DNA from: Camelus ferus
Lineage: Eukaryota
Direction of reading: 5' to 3'
Assembly (NCBI RefSeq): GCF_009834535.1
Contig: NC_045697.1
Span: forward strand, 374,001 to 438,000
Length of the DNA stretch: 64,000 nt
The notes below the pieces were generated by a model. It was given only the letters and a program-made list of their open reading frames with translations, did not search any database and was not told the origin of the DNA. Positions 16,801-28,400 of the stretch are shown here, in pieces (position 1 is the first letter of the stretch; every line of letters starts with the position of its first letter). Made by a program: the position numbers and the translations under genes.

Positions 16801-18700
16801 CTCCCAGCCTTTGTGCTCCTGTGATCATACATGTTCATTTTTCATATGCTGTCAATCACACAATACACCGCTGTTCTTTCTGCTTTAAGCAGATGAGTAT
16901 ATTTTAAAGAGACTTAAATCATAAGAAAAGCATTCCCTGCAGTTTCCCTGTCTGGGACCCTTCTTGTCTCTGGGTGGCATCTGGCTTTCCTCTGGCCCCA
17001 CCTTCCTCTGCTTGGATGACGTCCTTTAACATTTCTTGTGGTGTAGATCTGCTGGTGATGAATTCTTCCAGTTTCTTCTGTTTGAAAAATTCCTTGTTTC
17101 ACCTTTGGTTTCAAAAGACACTGTTGCTCGTAGAGAATGCAGGTTGATGGGCTCCCTTTTCCTTGAATTTTAAAGATATTGCTCTACTGTCTTCTTGCGT
17201 GCATTGTTTTCATCCAAGACATCAACAAAACATCCTTTGTTTGTTTGTTTGTTTCTGTATAAAAATGTGGCTTTTTCTCTGGGAGCATCTCAGTTACTCT
17301 CTCTATAGCTGGCCCTCAGCGCCCCGAGAAGGGCTACGGCTGGCCCTCAGCGCCCCGAGGAGGGTTACGGCTGGCCCTCAGCACCCCAAGGAGGGTTATA
17401 GCTGGCTCTCAGTGCTCTGAGACTCTGAGAAGGACGCTCCTCAGGAAGTTTTCTTCCTGATTCTTGTGGTTACATTTTCTTGAGCTTTTGGAAACTGTGA
17501 GTTTATGTCTTTTATCACATTTTGAAAAATTGTGGCCACTTTTTCTTAAAATATTTTCTTTTCCACCCTGTCTTCTTTCCCGTGGGGCTCCAGTTCCACG
17601 TGCATTTCACTACCTGATGTTGTCCTAGGACTCACTCATGGTTTGTTCATTTTTTCAGTCTTTTTTCTCTTTGTTTCCTTGGACAGTTCCTCTTGCTCGG
17701 TCTTCAAGATCAGTCTTTTCTTTCCCAGTGTTCTATTGACCCTAGTGTCTTTATCTCAGACATTGTAATTCTCATCCCTGCACGTTCAGTTGGAGGTTTT
17801 AAAAAGTCTTCCCTGTCTCTCCTTAATATGCTCAGTCTTTGCTCTGACACCTTGGACAAACAGAAGACAGTAAATGTGTTGGTGTTCTCATCTGCTAATC
17901 TCATCATTTTCATCATTTCTGGGTTCTCCCTGACTGTTTTCCCCTCTGTACTGGTTTTAATTTCCTGCTTCTCTTCATGCCTGGGGATTTTTGGTTGGAT
18001 GTCAGACATTGTGTGTTCTGCCTTACTGGGTGCTGGATAGTTTTGTGTTCCTATAAATAGTCTTGCGTTTGTTTCTGGGATGCAGTTAAGTGACTTGCAA
18101 ACAGTATGGTCCTTTAGGTCTTGTTTTTAAGCTTTGCTGAGCCGGACAAGAAATGCATTGAGTCTAGAGTTGATTTTTCCCTTCTACTGAGGCAAGACCC
18201 TTCTTTGTACTCTAATCAATGCCCCTTGAATGACTAGGTTCTCAATACTGACTGTTGGATGCAGACATCTTTCCTGCCCTGTGGACTCCCATCCTTCTGG
18301 GTGGTTCTTCCCCATCCTTGGGTGGTTCCTTTTCACTCTTGGACTGATCTGTAGTCAGCTGAAGCCTTGAGGATGAGGGACCCTCTGCTGGTCTCTGGGG
18401 CTCCTTCTCCACACAGCTCTTTCCTCTCCAGGACTCTGCCCTATGAACCCTGGCTACCTTCCCCTGCCAGGACTCCCCCTCCCTCTGGACTCTGCCTGGG
18501 TCCCCACTCCCGGCACTGCACCCTGGAAGGCAGGGAGTGGGGACAAGCATAAGGCCCCCTTCATTTGTTTCCTGTCCCACAAGGACCACTGTCTCCTGTT
18601 GCATGATGTCCAGTCTTGGGTGCTGTTTTTCATATAGTTTATCTCTGATTTTTTTATACATGTGGAGAGCATGTAAACTGGTGCCTGCCACTTCATCTGG
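13900..18700 (-). mobile_element. Long decayed ancient L1 (L1M-type; 3'UTR, ORF2 and ORF1 remnants)
   Basis: Abrupt T-rich block with antisense L1 motifs (gtgaagccatctgggcctggtgttttctttgtgggaagg; tctgctggtgatgaattct; ctttactgaagtataattgaca); minus-strand remnant MSDIQPKIPRHEEKQE...MRLAD; many stops. Confidence 0.85.
17304..17422. repeat. 31-bp minisatellite, ~3.8 copies
   Basis: Unit ta(t/c)(a/g)gctggccctcagcgccccgag(a/g)aggg(c/t) starting at 17304, 17335, 17366, 17397. Confidence 0.9.
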
Positions 18701-20055
18701 AGCTGGGGCTTCAGTTCCCTGCCAGCACTTCTCATCGTCAGACATGTTCCTCTCAGTCCCTACACCTGCCACCAAGATGCCCTCTCTGTGAGGGCTGGGG
18801 ACATGCTTTCCTTGTGGAACCTCACAGGTCCAGCCTCTTGAAGAGCCTGGCACAGAGCCAGGGTCAGCGTGTCATGGTTGAACGATGACCACGTGGAGGG
18901 CAGATGAATACCTCTTCTCGGGCTCATTGTGCAGCCCAGGTGGGAGACAGAGACTCTGGAATCCCCGCAGGGGTTCTGTGAGATCAGGTTGCAGATGGGG
19001 ACCGAGACCAGGAGGTCAGCTAATGGCCCAAGTCTCAGTTTTAAAAGGGCAGTATTTGAACCAGTTCCTATTCCTGGAGCATTGTCATGAAGGGGAAGGG
19101 GGAGCCTGCTGGTTGGAGAGCTTCATGGAGGAAGCAGCCTTGGAGGTGTGGGAGGCTGGCAAGGCTCTGGGAAAAGAGCCGGCCACCCTCAGGGACCGCC
19201 ATGCCCCGCGCCTCCGCCAGGGGGCAGCGAGTCCCCGCATAGGGAGGTGGGCCCCGCCCAGGACGCGTCCTTTCCTGCTCACACACCTAAGGTGTGGGCC
19301 ATGCCCCCTCGCCCACCTGCCTGGACTGCCACTGCCACCTGGGGCCGCTCACCTGGCCATGGCCCCTCCCCACCACTCACCGTATCCCCCACCCGGGCAC
19401 TGGACTGCCTTGCTCTAGCTCGCTTCCTGCCTCTGACAACCCCCACCCCCACCCCTCCTTGCTTCAGAGCCAGCTTTTCACACACCTGCCACTGGCAGCC
19501 TAACTCACCTGTCCGAGCTCTTCACGCTATGGTGGTTTCTCCCACAAACCTGCCTGCAAAGTCCCAGGCAGCCTTCGTACTAGCCCTGGACCTCTCTACC
19601 CATTCTGTCCTGAAGCGCGTGTCTGTGACCCCCAGCGCTGGCTGCACCGGCCGCAGATGGGCTCAGGAACCGGCTCTCCTGGCTTCCTCGCCCGCGGAGC
19701 CTGACTGCAAGCACAGGAGGCTGCTCAGGTCTGCCTCTGGGCCTTCACCCAGAAGTAGGCAGGACAGAGATGGGCCCACCACCATCCACCCACCAGGTGC
19801 CCACACCGGCCCAGACACAGGATTTGGAAACATGCCTTCTCACTGGCTTGGGAAGGGTAAGCAGCTGGGGCTTCGATGGGCCCTAAACCCTGATGGCTGG
19901 CACTCCCTCACCCAGCTCTCCTCTGCCTGGGGACCTGTACCTGCAACACCTCACCAGTTTCAGTTTTCCCTGGAAGAGGGAACTCCTGAGAGGACAGAGG
20001 TTCTTCCAGGCACAGTTCCCAAGGGAATAGCTTGGGCAGAGCCCAGAGGGGATGG

Positions 20056-20145
20056 GGGGTGCTGCAGGGTGGGAGTGGGGTTGGGGTGCTGCAGGGTGGG
20101 AGTGGGGCTGGGTGTGCTGCAGGTTGCAGGTGGGGTGGGGGCTGG
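20056..20145. repeat. G-rich 27-bp tandem repeat, ~3 copies (last degenerate)
   Basis: ggggtgctgcagggtgggagtgggg(t/c)t at 20056, 20083 and a degenerate copy from 20110. Confidence 0.8.
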
Positions 20146-20469
20146 AATGGGCCAGACTTGAGGTAGGGAGTGGGACAAGGGCAGGACCCAGGTGTGCAGA
20201 AAACCATGGGGTTTGTATTGAGGGCAGTGGGGAGCCAGAAGAGTCAGGATTGTGTTTTAAAATGGCAATTGTCCATTCCAGTGAAGTGACAGTGCAGGGA
20301 GAGCAAGGGAGTACCTGGACCACTCATTTAGGCCAGAGAGGATGGGGGATGGTCAGAGAGACCCTGAGGGATGGCAGTTGGGGAGGCAGGAGAGCCAGTG
20401 GGTGCACGTGACTGACCAGGAAAGGGAGGGCAGTGGGGCAGTGTAGAGAAGGGTCCACAGTGGAGCTGG

Positions 20470-20640
20470 ACTCCACAGCGCGTGGTTCCAGTCCTAGACA
20501 TGCCAAGTGCTGGCTGGGAAATCTTGGGTAAGTTGCCAACCTTCTCTGTGCCTGCATTTCTTCTCTGCACAGGTGACAGCAAGATACTTGCCTGGTTGTG
20601 AGGGTTAAAGGCGGCACTGTGTGTGGTGTTCTCTATTTAT
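20470..20640 (+). mobile_element. MIR SINE fragment
   Basis: cttgggtaagttgccaaccttctctgtgcctgcatttcttctctg...ggttgtgagggttaaa resembles the MIR core. Confidence 0.6.
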
Positions 20641-21439
20641 AATGATTACTAATGTCCTTGTGTTCCTATCACTAGTGGGTGAGAGGCGGGAAGCCGCTAG
20701 GTGGGAGGTGGGAACATACCTCCCCCCTACCCCCGTCAAGGGGATCAGGTAAGCCGGGCGCCAGGGCAGGACCTCTGTGCCCCACATCACCCAAGACCTG
20801 ACCCTTCCCTGGAATGGCTTGGTGCCGGAGAGGAGTCTTGGATCTCCTCTCTGCTCCCAACGACTCCCTGGGGCTCAGACCTCCAGGCCCTGACCGCCCA
20901 GCTGGGATCGAGGCTGGCTAGAGGATAGATGACCGTGGGCTCAATCAGGGCCAGGTCTGGAGGTGCGGAGAGTGTTGGTGGCCTGAGGTTGGGGGCTCTG
21001 ACACGGGCGCTAATGGGTACAGGTGTGAGGTGGGCGCCGCAGGACTTGGAGGTGCGCGAGGCGGGGCTGGGCCGGGGCAGGGCGGGGCGGATGGCCTGGG
21101 GGCGTGGCCAGACGGGCGAGGTGTGTTAGGCGGGGCCAGAGGCGGGCCAGGGCCGTGGCGTGGCGGGCCTTGTTGGGGCGTGGCTGGGCCTGGGGCTGGC
21201 AGGGGCGGCGCGGGGGCGGGGCCTCGCCGCGGGGAGCCGCCCCGCCCGCTGGCCGCCCGCACCGCGAGGGTTAAGGCCAGGAGCCAGGCGGGAGGGGCAG
21301 GCGCGCGCGTGGATTGGTGGAAAGTTTGGGCGCGGGGCGGGGATACGGGCGGGGCTTGGGGCGGGGTTTGGGGCGGGGCTCGGCAGCCGCGGCGCACCGA
21401 TTGGCGGGAAGTTGTGTCGGGGCGGGGCGCGCGGCGGGC

Positions 21440-21762
21440 TCGGCGCTCGCTCCGGGAGAGTTGACAAAGCCCCGCAGGGAAGGACGCCTCGCGGCGCGGC
21501 GCCCCGGGCCCCTCGCCCCGCCGCCCCGGGACCCCGGCCCCTGGACCGACCCCGCCGCCCGCCCTGCCCACGGCCCCGGCCCCAGCCCCTGGTCCCGGCC
21601 CCGGCCCCGGCCCGAGCCGCCCGCGCCCAGGTAGCGCCGCCCCGTCCCGAGGCCGGGCCCGGGGGCGCGGGGCGGCGGGGTGCGGCGCCCGGGGCGGCGA
21701 TGACCTCGCAGCGCGCCCCGCGGGCCCGGCCCTGAGCCCCGCCGCCCGCGAGTCCCGCCGAG
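21440..21762 (+). other. FGFRL1: FGFRL1 non-coding exon 1 (TSS approximate); donors after 21762 (GAG|GTGAGC) and possibly after 21630 (CAG|GTAGCG)
   Basis: Exon 2 starts at an acceptor 16 nt before the ATG, which implies an upstream exon; strong donor in the CpG island; resembles my recollection of the human 5'UTR. Confidence 0.65.
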
Positions 21763-22352
21763 GTGAGCCCCTCCGCGCGCGCCGGCGATCCTGGGGGCAG
21801 ACTGGGAGGGGAGGGACGGGGGCCGGGGCCGGTGCCGGGGCCAGGGGCGGAGGCGGGGGCCGGGAGCGCCCAGGTCCCTGCTCCGCGGTAGGGGACCGCC
21901 GGCACCGGCACGCGCCGCAGCTCCCGCCGGGCCCGCGGTCCTGCCTGCGCCCCGCCCCCGCCCCTGCACCCCACGTGCCCCCCCCCCCAGCGCAAATTTG
22001 TCCGCTAATGGCGCAGGCGATTATCTTCGGGGCCGCCGGTGTTGTGTGTCCCGCGGGCAGGGCCCGAGTTACAAGCGCCAGGAATCCAGACGGTGTTTGG
22101 AGGGGGGGCGAAGGAGGCCGGTAATTAGTGTAAACCCTTTGTCTGCCTTTGATACCCACGGTTCCCCCGCCGCTGCTTCCTCTGCCCGGAGCGCCCGAGG
22201 GAAGGCGGGGCGGCCCGCACCCCTATCCCCGCGGCCCAGGGCTGGAGTGCTAGCGGCTCCCGGGCCCTAGGCCGGGGTGTGAGGTGCATGGAGACCCCCA
22301 TCCCCACGCCAGTGACCGGCCTCTGAATACTCCCAGGTCCGCACAGGCCGAG

Positions 22353-22434
22353 ATGACGCCGAGCCCCGCGTTGCTGCTGCTGCTGCCGCTGCCTATGCTA
22401 CTGGGGGCCCTCCCGCCGGCCGCCGCCGCCCGAG
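22353..22434 (+). CDS. FGFRL1: FGFRL1 exon 2 coding part (signal peptide [27 protein letters not shown]); exon starts 22337
   Basis: ctcccag| acceptor, gccgagATG, |gtgagt donor. Confidence 0.95.
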
Positions 22435-25400
22435 GTGAGTCCTGGCGCCCAGCCCGGCGCCCCGGCCTCTGCCAGCGCCGCCCCTTTCCCTCCGGCCCTG
22501 AACCCTGCCACAGTGCCCGCCTGGCGCGCGTGTTTGTGCCCCGCCCCTGCCAGCCCCGGGCTTTTCGGCCCCTCGCAGTTTGGCTCCTCACTGGCCGAGT
22601 GCCCCTCACCCTTAAGGCACCCCAGCTCACTTGTGGGCCCCCCTCACCCGTGGGCCCATCTCACCCACAGCTCACACACTGGGCACCCCAGCTCACCCGT
22701 GGGCTCTCCTCATCTATGGGGTGTCCCCAGCTCACCCACAGGGTTCCCACTCACCTTCAGGGAACCCCCAAGCTCATGTGTGGGGCCCCATGCTTGCTGG
22801 CAGGGTGGGCTCTGGCCCCAGTTCTCCTCAGGACTCACATGGCCACACACACATGCCTACAGCTGAGGGCAGCTGCTGACCTTCAGCTCTTGGGGGATGA
22901 GCTGTTTAGCCCCCAGTGGGCCAAATTAGGCCTCTGGTAACCTGCAGGGACCCCCCATGGTGACCAGGGTTGGGGGTGAGGACAGTGGGAATATTCTTGG
23001 TGTCTGAGACTCACGAACCATCTCTGTGCCCTAAGAATGCCCCTCTCTAGGAAGGCACAGGGTGAGGGCTGGGGAGCTGAGTACCCAGCACGAGGGGTCA
23101 CTGCAGTGTCAGGTGGGAGCCTGTCTTAAGGCAGACCCTGAGACCACCTACTTTAGCCTAGACACTGTCTCGCGGTGTGTGCCATGCCAGGGCCTGGACG
23201 TGGGCACACACGCCTGCTGTGCAAGTGGGCAGGCTCGGATGCCTCTGGAGGGACCCCTGCCCCTGCACCCAGCCCCAGCAAGGGGCATCCTCAGCTGATG
23301 GGTGATGGGTGATGCGTGTCCGCAGACTCCCACTGCCATGTTCAGTGCTGGCCTCCCTCAGCTAGGCGGGCCCTGTGGCCGGGCCAGCCCTTTGGGTGTG
23401 TTGACCACTCAGGATCGTCCCTGCCCTGTCCACCAGTCCTTAGAGGTTTCGCACCCCTCCCCCGCCGCCCAGCAGGCGCACTGAACCCAACCTGGCCTTA
23501 TATGGCCATGTTCGGGTGTGGGGTGGCGGGCGGCGGCCCAGGTGGGCCTCATGCCACAGTACCCCCCCGCCAGCCCCGCCGGGGACTGGCTGGCTGGCTT
23601 GAGGGTGGGGGCTGCCCAGGCGTGGCTGGGACGGGCAGCGTCCAGGGCACTGCGGACACTCAGGTCATGCCCAGTAAGGCCCCCCCCGGTGGCCAGCGGC
23701 CTGGACTCTGATTCCTGTTTTATCTGCTTGGACTCCCCAATCCCCGCACCTGCCTGTCCTCTGGCCACTCGGCCAGGGAGGCTCTGGGAGCCACTGTTCT
23801 GGCCTGGTCATTGGCTGAAGCCTGAGATGGAGCAGTGGATGGCAGTGGACAGTCGGGCCCGCCTTGGTGCCGAGGGTCCTCAGAGGGGCCAAACCCTGCT
23901 CTGTGCCCCCTGGCTGAGGCCTTGGGGCTGCATGGTGAGGGCCCTGGCAGCAGTAAGGAGGTGGGAGCTTAGCTGCTTTCCAAGGGTAAGGGCCTCTGTG
24001 GCTTTGGGGGGTGTGCTCTTCCTGAATTGTGCTGGCTTCTCCTCCAGGCCTGGACTTGAAGGTGGAGCCGTTTCAGACGCCCCCCCTCCTTGGTGGGTGT
24101 TCAGGCTGAGTGTGGACCTTCAGGCTGGTGAAGCAGCGCAGAGAGAGTTCGTTCGGTGGTTTTTCGAAAGCCATTTTCCCCATGGTGTCACGATTTCTAG
24201 AATCGACACATTTCTAGACGCAAATCATATTTTTAAAGTTCCCCTTTTCCCAAAGTTTCACAATCTTGGTGAGTTTGTCTTAAACTTTTTTTTTTTTTCA
24301 AATTTGGAAAAAGATAGAATTCGGCTTTCTTCGTTTCCGTTTTATTTCTCACAGTGGGAACATGAGAGGTTCAGAACGACATACCTTTTACAGATAACTT
24401 TGGAAGACATTGTTACAGGGTCTTCTGAGAAGTGCCACGTTTGAACTTTTCTCAGGATGGTCTCTGAGCCGCCAGCCCTGAAGGCCCCTTCCTGGTCCCC
24501 TGGGCCCGGCCGGGGTGTCCTAGGCGCCTTGCCTCCAGCAGGATGGCACAGCCTCAGGGCCCACCTGCCTCTGTGTTGGGAAGGGTCTGCGGTGTGTGTG
24601 ATTCAGCGGGGAGGCGCGTGGCAGGCAGGATGGCTATGGTGCTGTGCCTGTACGCTGGCTGACCTCAGCCTCTGGCCAGGCTGCAGGGGACCCCCTCCCA
24701 TCTAGGCCCTCCAGGCAGCAACAGCCATTGTGTGGCCAGGGCCGAGGTGGACATGTGGGAGCCTGGCCCAGGCTCTGTGAGGTGAGGATTTGGGCCAGCA
24801 GCCCCATTTACGTCTTGTCTTGGGCCCCACTCCTGGAAGGGAAAATAAATCACTGTCCCCTCCGGGGGGAGGAGGGAGCCGTGAACAAAGTTGCCTTTGG
24901 CTGAGCCTGGAAACATGACCGCAGGCTCCTTCTCCATTGTGCGGGGATCATGGGCCTCCAGCTCCCGCCGGCACCACAGCCCCAACCCGGAGATGTGGGT
25001 TTTCCCCAGCAGCGGCCTCAGCCCCGGCATTGCCGGCCCAGCTCAAGCACTGCTGACGGTGCTGGGGGAGGCGGGGTATGGCCCCACAGGCCAAATCCTG
25101 GCTCCTGGCCACCCCCTGGCCATGTGTCCTTCGACATTGGCCTCCTTGTTCCTCATCTGGTGTCTGCAGTCCAGGTATGTCCAGGTGGCAGCTCTGTGAG
25201 CAAGATCAGCCTGTGGAAGGGAAGCATGCCTGGGTCCCTGTCCCCAGACTCCACAGACGCCCCATCCAGGGCTGCCACCCTACCTGCCCATCACCTGCTC
25301 TTCCGAGTGGTGGACGCTGGGTGCCCCTGGCTCCTCTTGGGTCCCAAGGAGAGTTGGAGCTGCTGTCCTGGGCTCCCTCAGGTGGGGCTGCAGCGCAGCG

Positions 25401-28400
25401 TCCACGGTCCGGGATGTCTGGAGGGAGGTGGGGGGAGAGACATGGGCTCATGGGGCCAGGATGGGCCTGGAAGGAGAGGTGGGTTCTGGTCAAGGGAGGA
25501 AAGACCTTCAGCTGGGGGGATGTCGTGGGCAGCTCACCTTGGCCAGGGTGGACACGCAGGGGACACGGGTGTAGCTGAGCTGGGCCCTTGAGTGGGGAAG
25601 GGCTAGGGCTGGGCCCAGAGGCTGGTGGGTGAGGGGTGCAGGGAGGAGGGGCTGGGGGCTTTTCCACCTGAGCATTGCGGCCAGCCTTCCTCCTCCAGTG
25701 AGGAGTGCTGGGGCCTCCATCCACACCCTGGGCCCTCACCAAGTGGCTGGGGGCAGGGCCTGGAGGCTGGCGGACGTCAGGGGAGGGCTGCACACACCTC
25801 ATCCCACATAGACTGGCCCCGCTCTGGGGAGAGCCAGCCCAGGGTGGGGGCTTCCAGCAGCTATCCCTGAAGCGCTGGATTCGCTCCGGCCCCCAGGCGG
25901 CTGGAACCCCGGGCTTCCCATCTTGGCAGGAAATATGATTGCTTTTCTTCCTGCTGGGGAGTTTATTTCGTGAGAGATTTACACAAGCTGTGTGCTGTCT
26001 GAGTGGCTGAGGAGTGGACAGCGGGGCCTGGGGCAGCAGGCAGGAGGAGGGACCCCACTGGCTCCCTTGACTCTGCCCCAGAAAAGCCAGGGCCTGCGAG
26101 CGCACTCCTCTCCTGAGGCCACCGCCGGCGGCTTCCGGGCTGCCCTCTGCCCTCCTGCAGCAGCCTGTCCGGCTCTGGGGAGGACTGTGGGGCTGGCTCT
26201 GGAGCTCAGCACAGCACAGCGTGTGCCCCTGGAGGGCTGGGGAGGCCAGTCTGGGCCAGTTGGCTGGCTTGGGCCTCATGCCCTCAGGCCTGTCCTCGAG
26301 AAGCCCTGGGGCCCAGGGTCGGAGGCCCTGGTGGAGCAGGGACAGCAGGTGGGGCGGGGGGCTCTCTGGCCTGGGGGTTCCTGGTGGCTGGGCTGCTGGC
26401 TGTGTTGGGTGGTCTGCTGCATGAGCCCGTTCTGCTGAAACGTCCATGGGTTCCAGGCTCAGGGGCATCCCCTTCTCACTTCTGAGGCGACTGGTACCTG
26501 GATCAGGGCCCTCAGGGTGGGGCCCTTGGGTGGTCTGGGCCCCGTGGCGTGTTCCACGTCCTCCGGGCCTAGCGCTGGCACGTGGACAAGGGCTTTCTCG
26601 GTTCTTTGGCAGCTAGGAGCGGGGCTCGGCCTCTCTGGGGAGTCCTGCAGGGACCCCAGTTCTGCAAGTGATGTTTGTAGGGCCGGGGGTGGGTGGCAGG
26701 CGTGGGGAGGGTCAGCGTTGAGCCTGGTGGACCTAGTGAGACCTGAACGTGGAATAGGAGTGGCGTGGTATTCAGCTAAGCCCCTGGGTGGATCTGCGGT
26801 AGTGGGTCTGGGTGCTGCCCAGTCACTGTCCCCTGTTGCGAGTTCACGTGGGGCCCCTAGGGGAGCGGCACCCCTGCTTGTGCCCTGGGGATGGTGAGGA
26901 GGAGCCCTGAACTGGGGGTCCACTGAAGGTCCGTGTGGGGTTTCCTGGGAAGAGAACAGACCTGGAGGCCCCCCACCTGTCTGCTCACCTGGTGCTCAGG
27001 CCAGGCAGCGGGTGGAGGGGACACTCCAGTCAGCTTGCTCGGTGGGTCGGGCTGTCCCTCTGTCACGCCCAGAGTGTCCTGGTTTCTGGAGCAACCACCT
27101 GTCCTGCGGGTCCTACCAGTTCCACTGCAGGTCCTGTGGGTCCAGCCCCCAGGGGCCGCCCGGGGCCGGCTGGCGTCTCGGAGCTGGTGTTATGCACATG
27201 CACGTGTGTGTAGTGTGTGTGCCCGGGGCTCGGCGCTGGGCCAGTCTGCATCCTCCGCCCCATGGAAGCCCTGTGGTGGTCCTCACCTGTGTCCCTCTGG
27301 GGGCGTTCCTGCCCTCCCCCCAGACCTTGCCTTCCTGGCGGGTGCTGGCCCCAGGTCACGGCATCTGGGCCTTCCCAGCTCACCCCCTGTGCCCGGTCCT
27401 TTCACCCCAAAGAGAGCACCCACCTGCCTCTCCCAGCTCAGCTCCCTAGCCCAGGCTTGGCGGGCGCTCTTTGAGCCCCTCCCCATGCTACTCACTCAGC
27501 CCATCCTCCCCACAGGACGGTGGCCCCTGGCCCGGTGCTCTCACCCTAGAGCCAGTCCCAACGTGGTTAACCTAATGCCCACCAACCCCCTCCCCGCCAG
27601 AGACTTCCTCCCGGAGTAATGTCTGGGGTTTTGCAGGCTCCCTGGGGACAGAGCGGCCCCGATGAGCTGGCCTGGTGGTTCTTGCACCCTCACTCCCACC
27701 TGGGTCTGTGGCTTCCGGGGATGAGGCCTGAGACCACAGGTGCCTCTGCTGGTCTCTGGCACATGGGCCCAGGGGACGGGTGGTGTCTCATCCAGCTCCT
27801 CTTAAAGGGAGCTTGGGGTCAGCAGGCCAGGGCCCACTGAACGCCCTGGGCAGTGGGGAGAGGTGGAGGCCTACACCTGGGATGCCTGCACCACGGCCAG
27901 GCCCCTGGCAGACGTGAACACGCAGGGAGCACGGATGCAGATGGAATGGCCGGAGCCCTGCCTCTGGGAGAGGAGAGGGGGGCGAAGGACGGTGCCCAAG
28001 GCAGGGCAGGGGCCGTGGGTCAGTAAGGTGTGGGGTGCTGAACCTGGGGTGGCCCCCAAGGGCCTGTGAAGGCTGTGTGGGGGTGGGCACGGGCAGGGGC
28101 GCAAAGTGGGCTACAGCTGGGGTCTCTTCTTCCCTCCTCGCATGCGGCCCTCCAGCCCTCTTCTCCTCCGCCCTCCCTGGGCCCGCTGGGGCAGGAGGGG
28201 CGTCAGCTGGGGTTCCCACAGGGTCTTGTTTTACTGAACCTGGGAGAATGGTGCTTCTGCCAGGGCAGGCCCAGCAGGGGCCGTGGGGGTCCTGGTGGCT
28301 CCAAGGCGGGATGCATCCTGGGCCGGAAGGGGGTCTGTGTGCACCCACGGTCGAGGTGTGTGTATCCGGGGGACTGCACGACAGCGTCAGGGTATGACGC

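Larger units (their letters stand above)
21020..22600 (+). promoter_or_regulatory. FGFRL1: FGFRL1 CpG-island promoter (GC boxes, two inverted CCAAT boxes, E2F-like site)
   Basis: Very dense CpG; many GGGCGG; ATTGG at 21313 and 21400; TTGGCGGGAA at 21401-21410; spans exon 1 and the ATG exon. Confidence 0.85.

Noticed and set aside
17304..17422. CRISPR-like periodicity
   Set aside because: Head-to-tail units without unique spacers, in mammalian DNA; a minisatellite.
19148..20161. 337-aa plus-strand ORF
   Set aside because: Non-ATG start, no recognisable domain, ends in a tandem repeat; expected by chance in GC-rich DNA.
20945..22159. Long Pro/Arg/Gly/Ala ORFs across the FGFRL1 CpG island
   Set aside because: Stop-codon depletion in extreme GC; open in several frames at once.
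22284..22352. Apparent N-terminal extension of FGFRL1
   Set aside because: GTG start lies upstream of the exon 2 acceptor (22336), i.e. in intron 1.
24190..24220. Heat-shock-element-like TTCTAGAA (also ~50453)
   Set aside because: Only two correctly spaced nGAAn units; three are normally required.
23518..26468. 308-aa (+) and 420-aa (-) ORFs in FGFRL1 intron 2
   Set aside because: No homology or domain signal; low-complexity translations.
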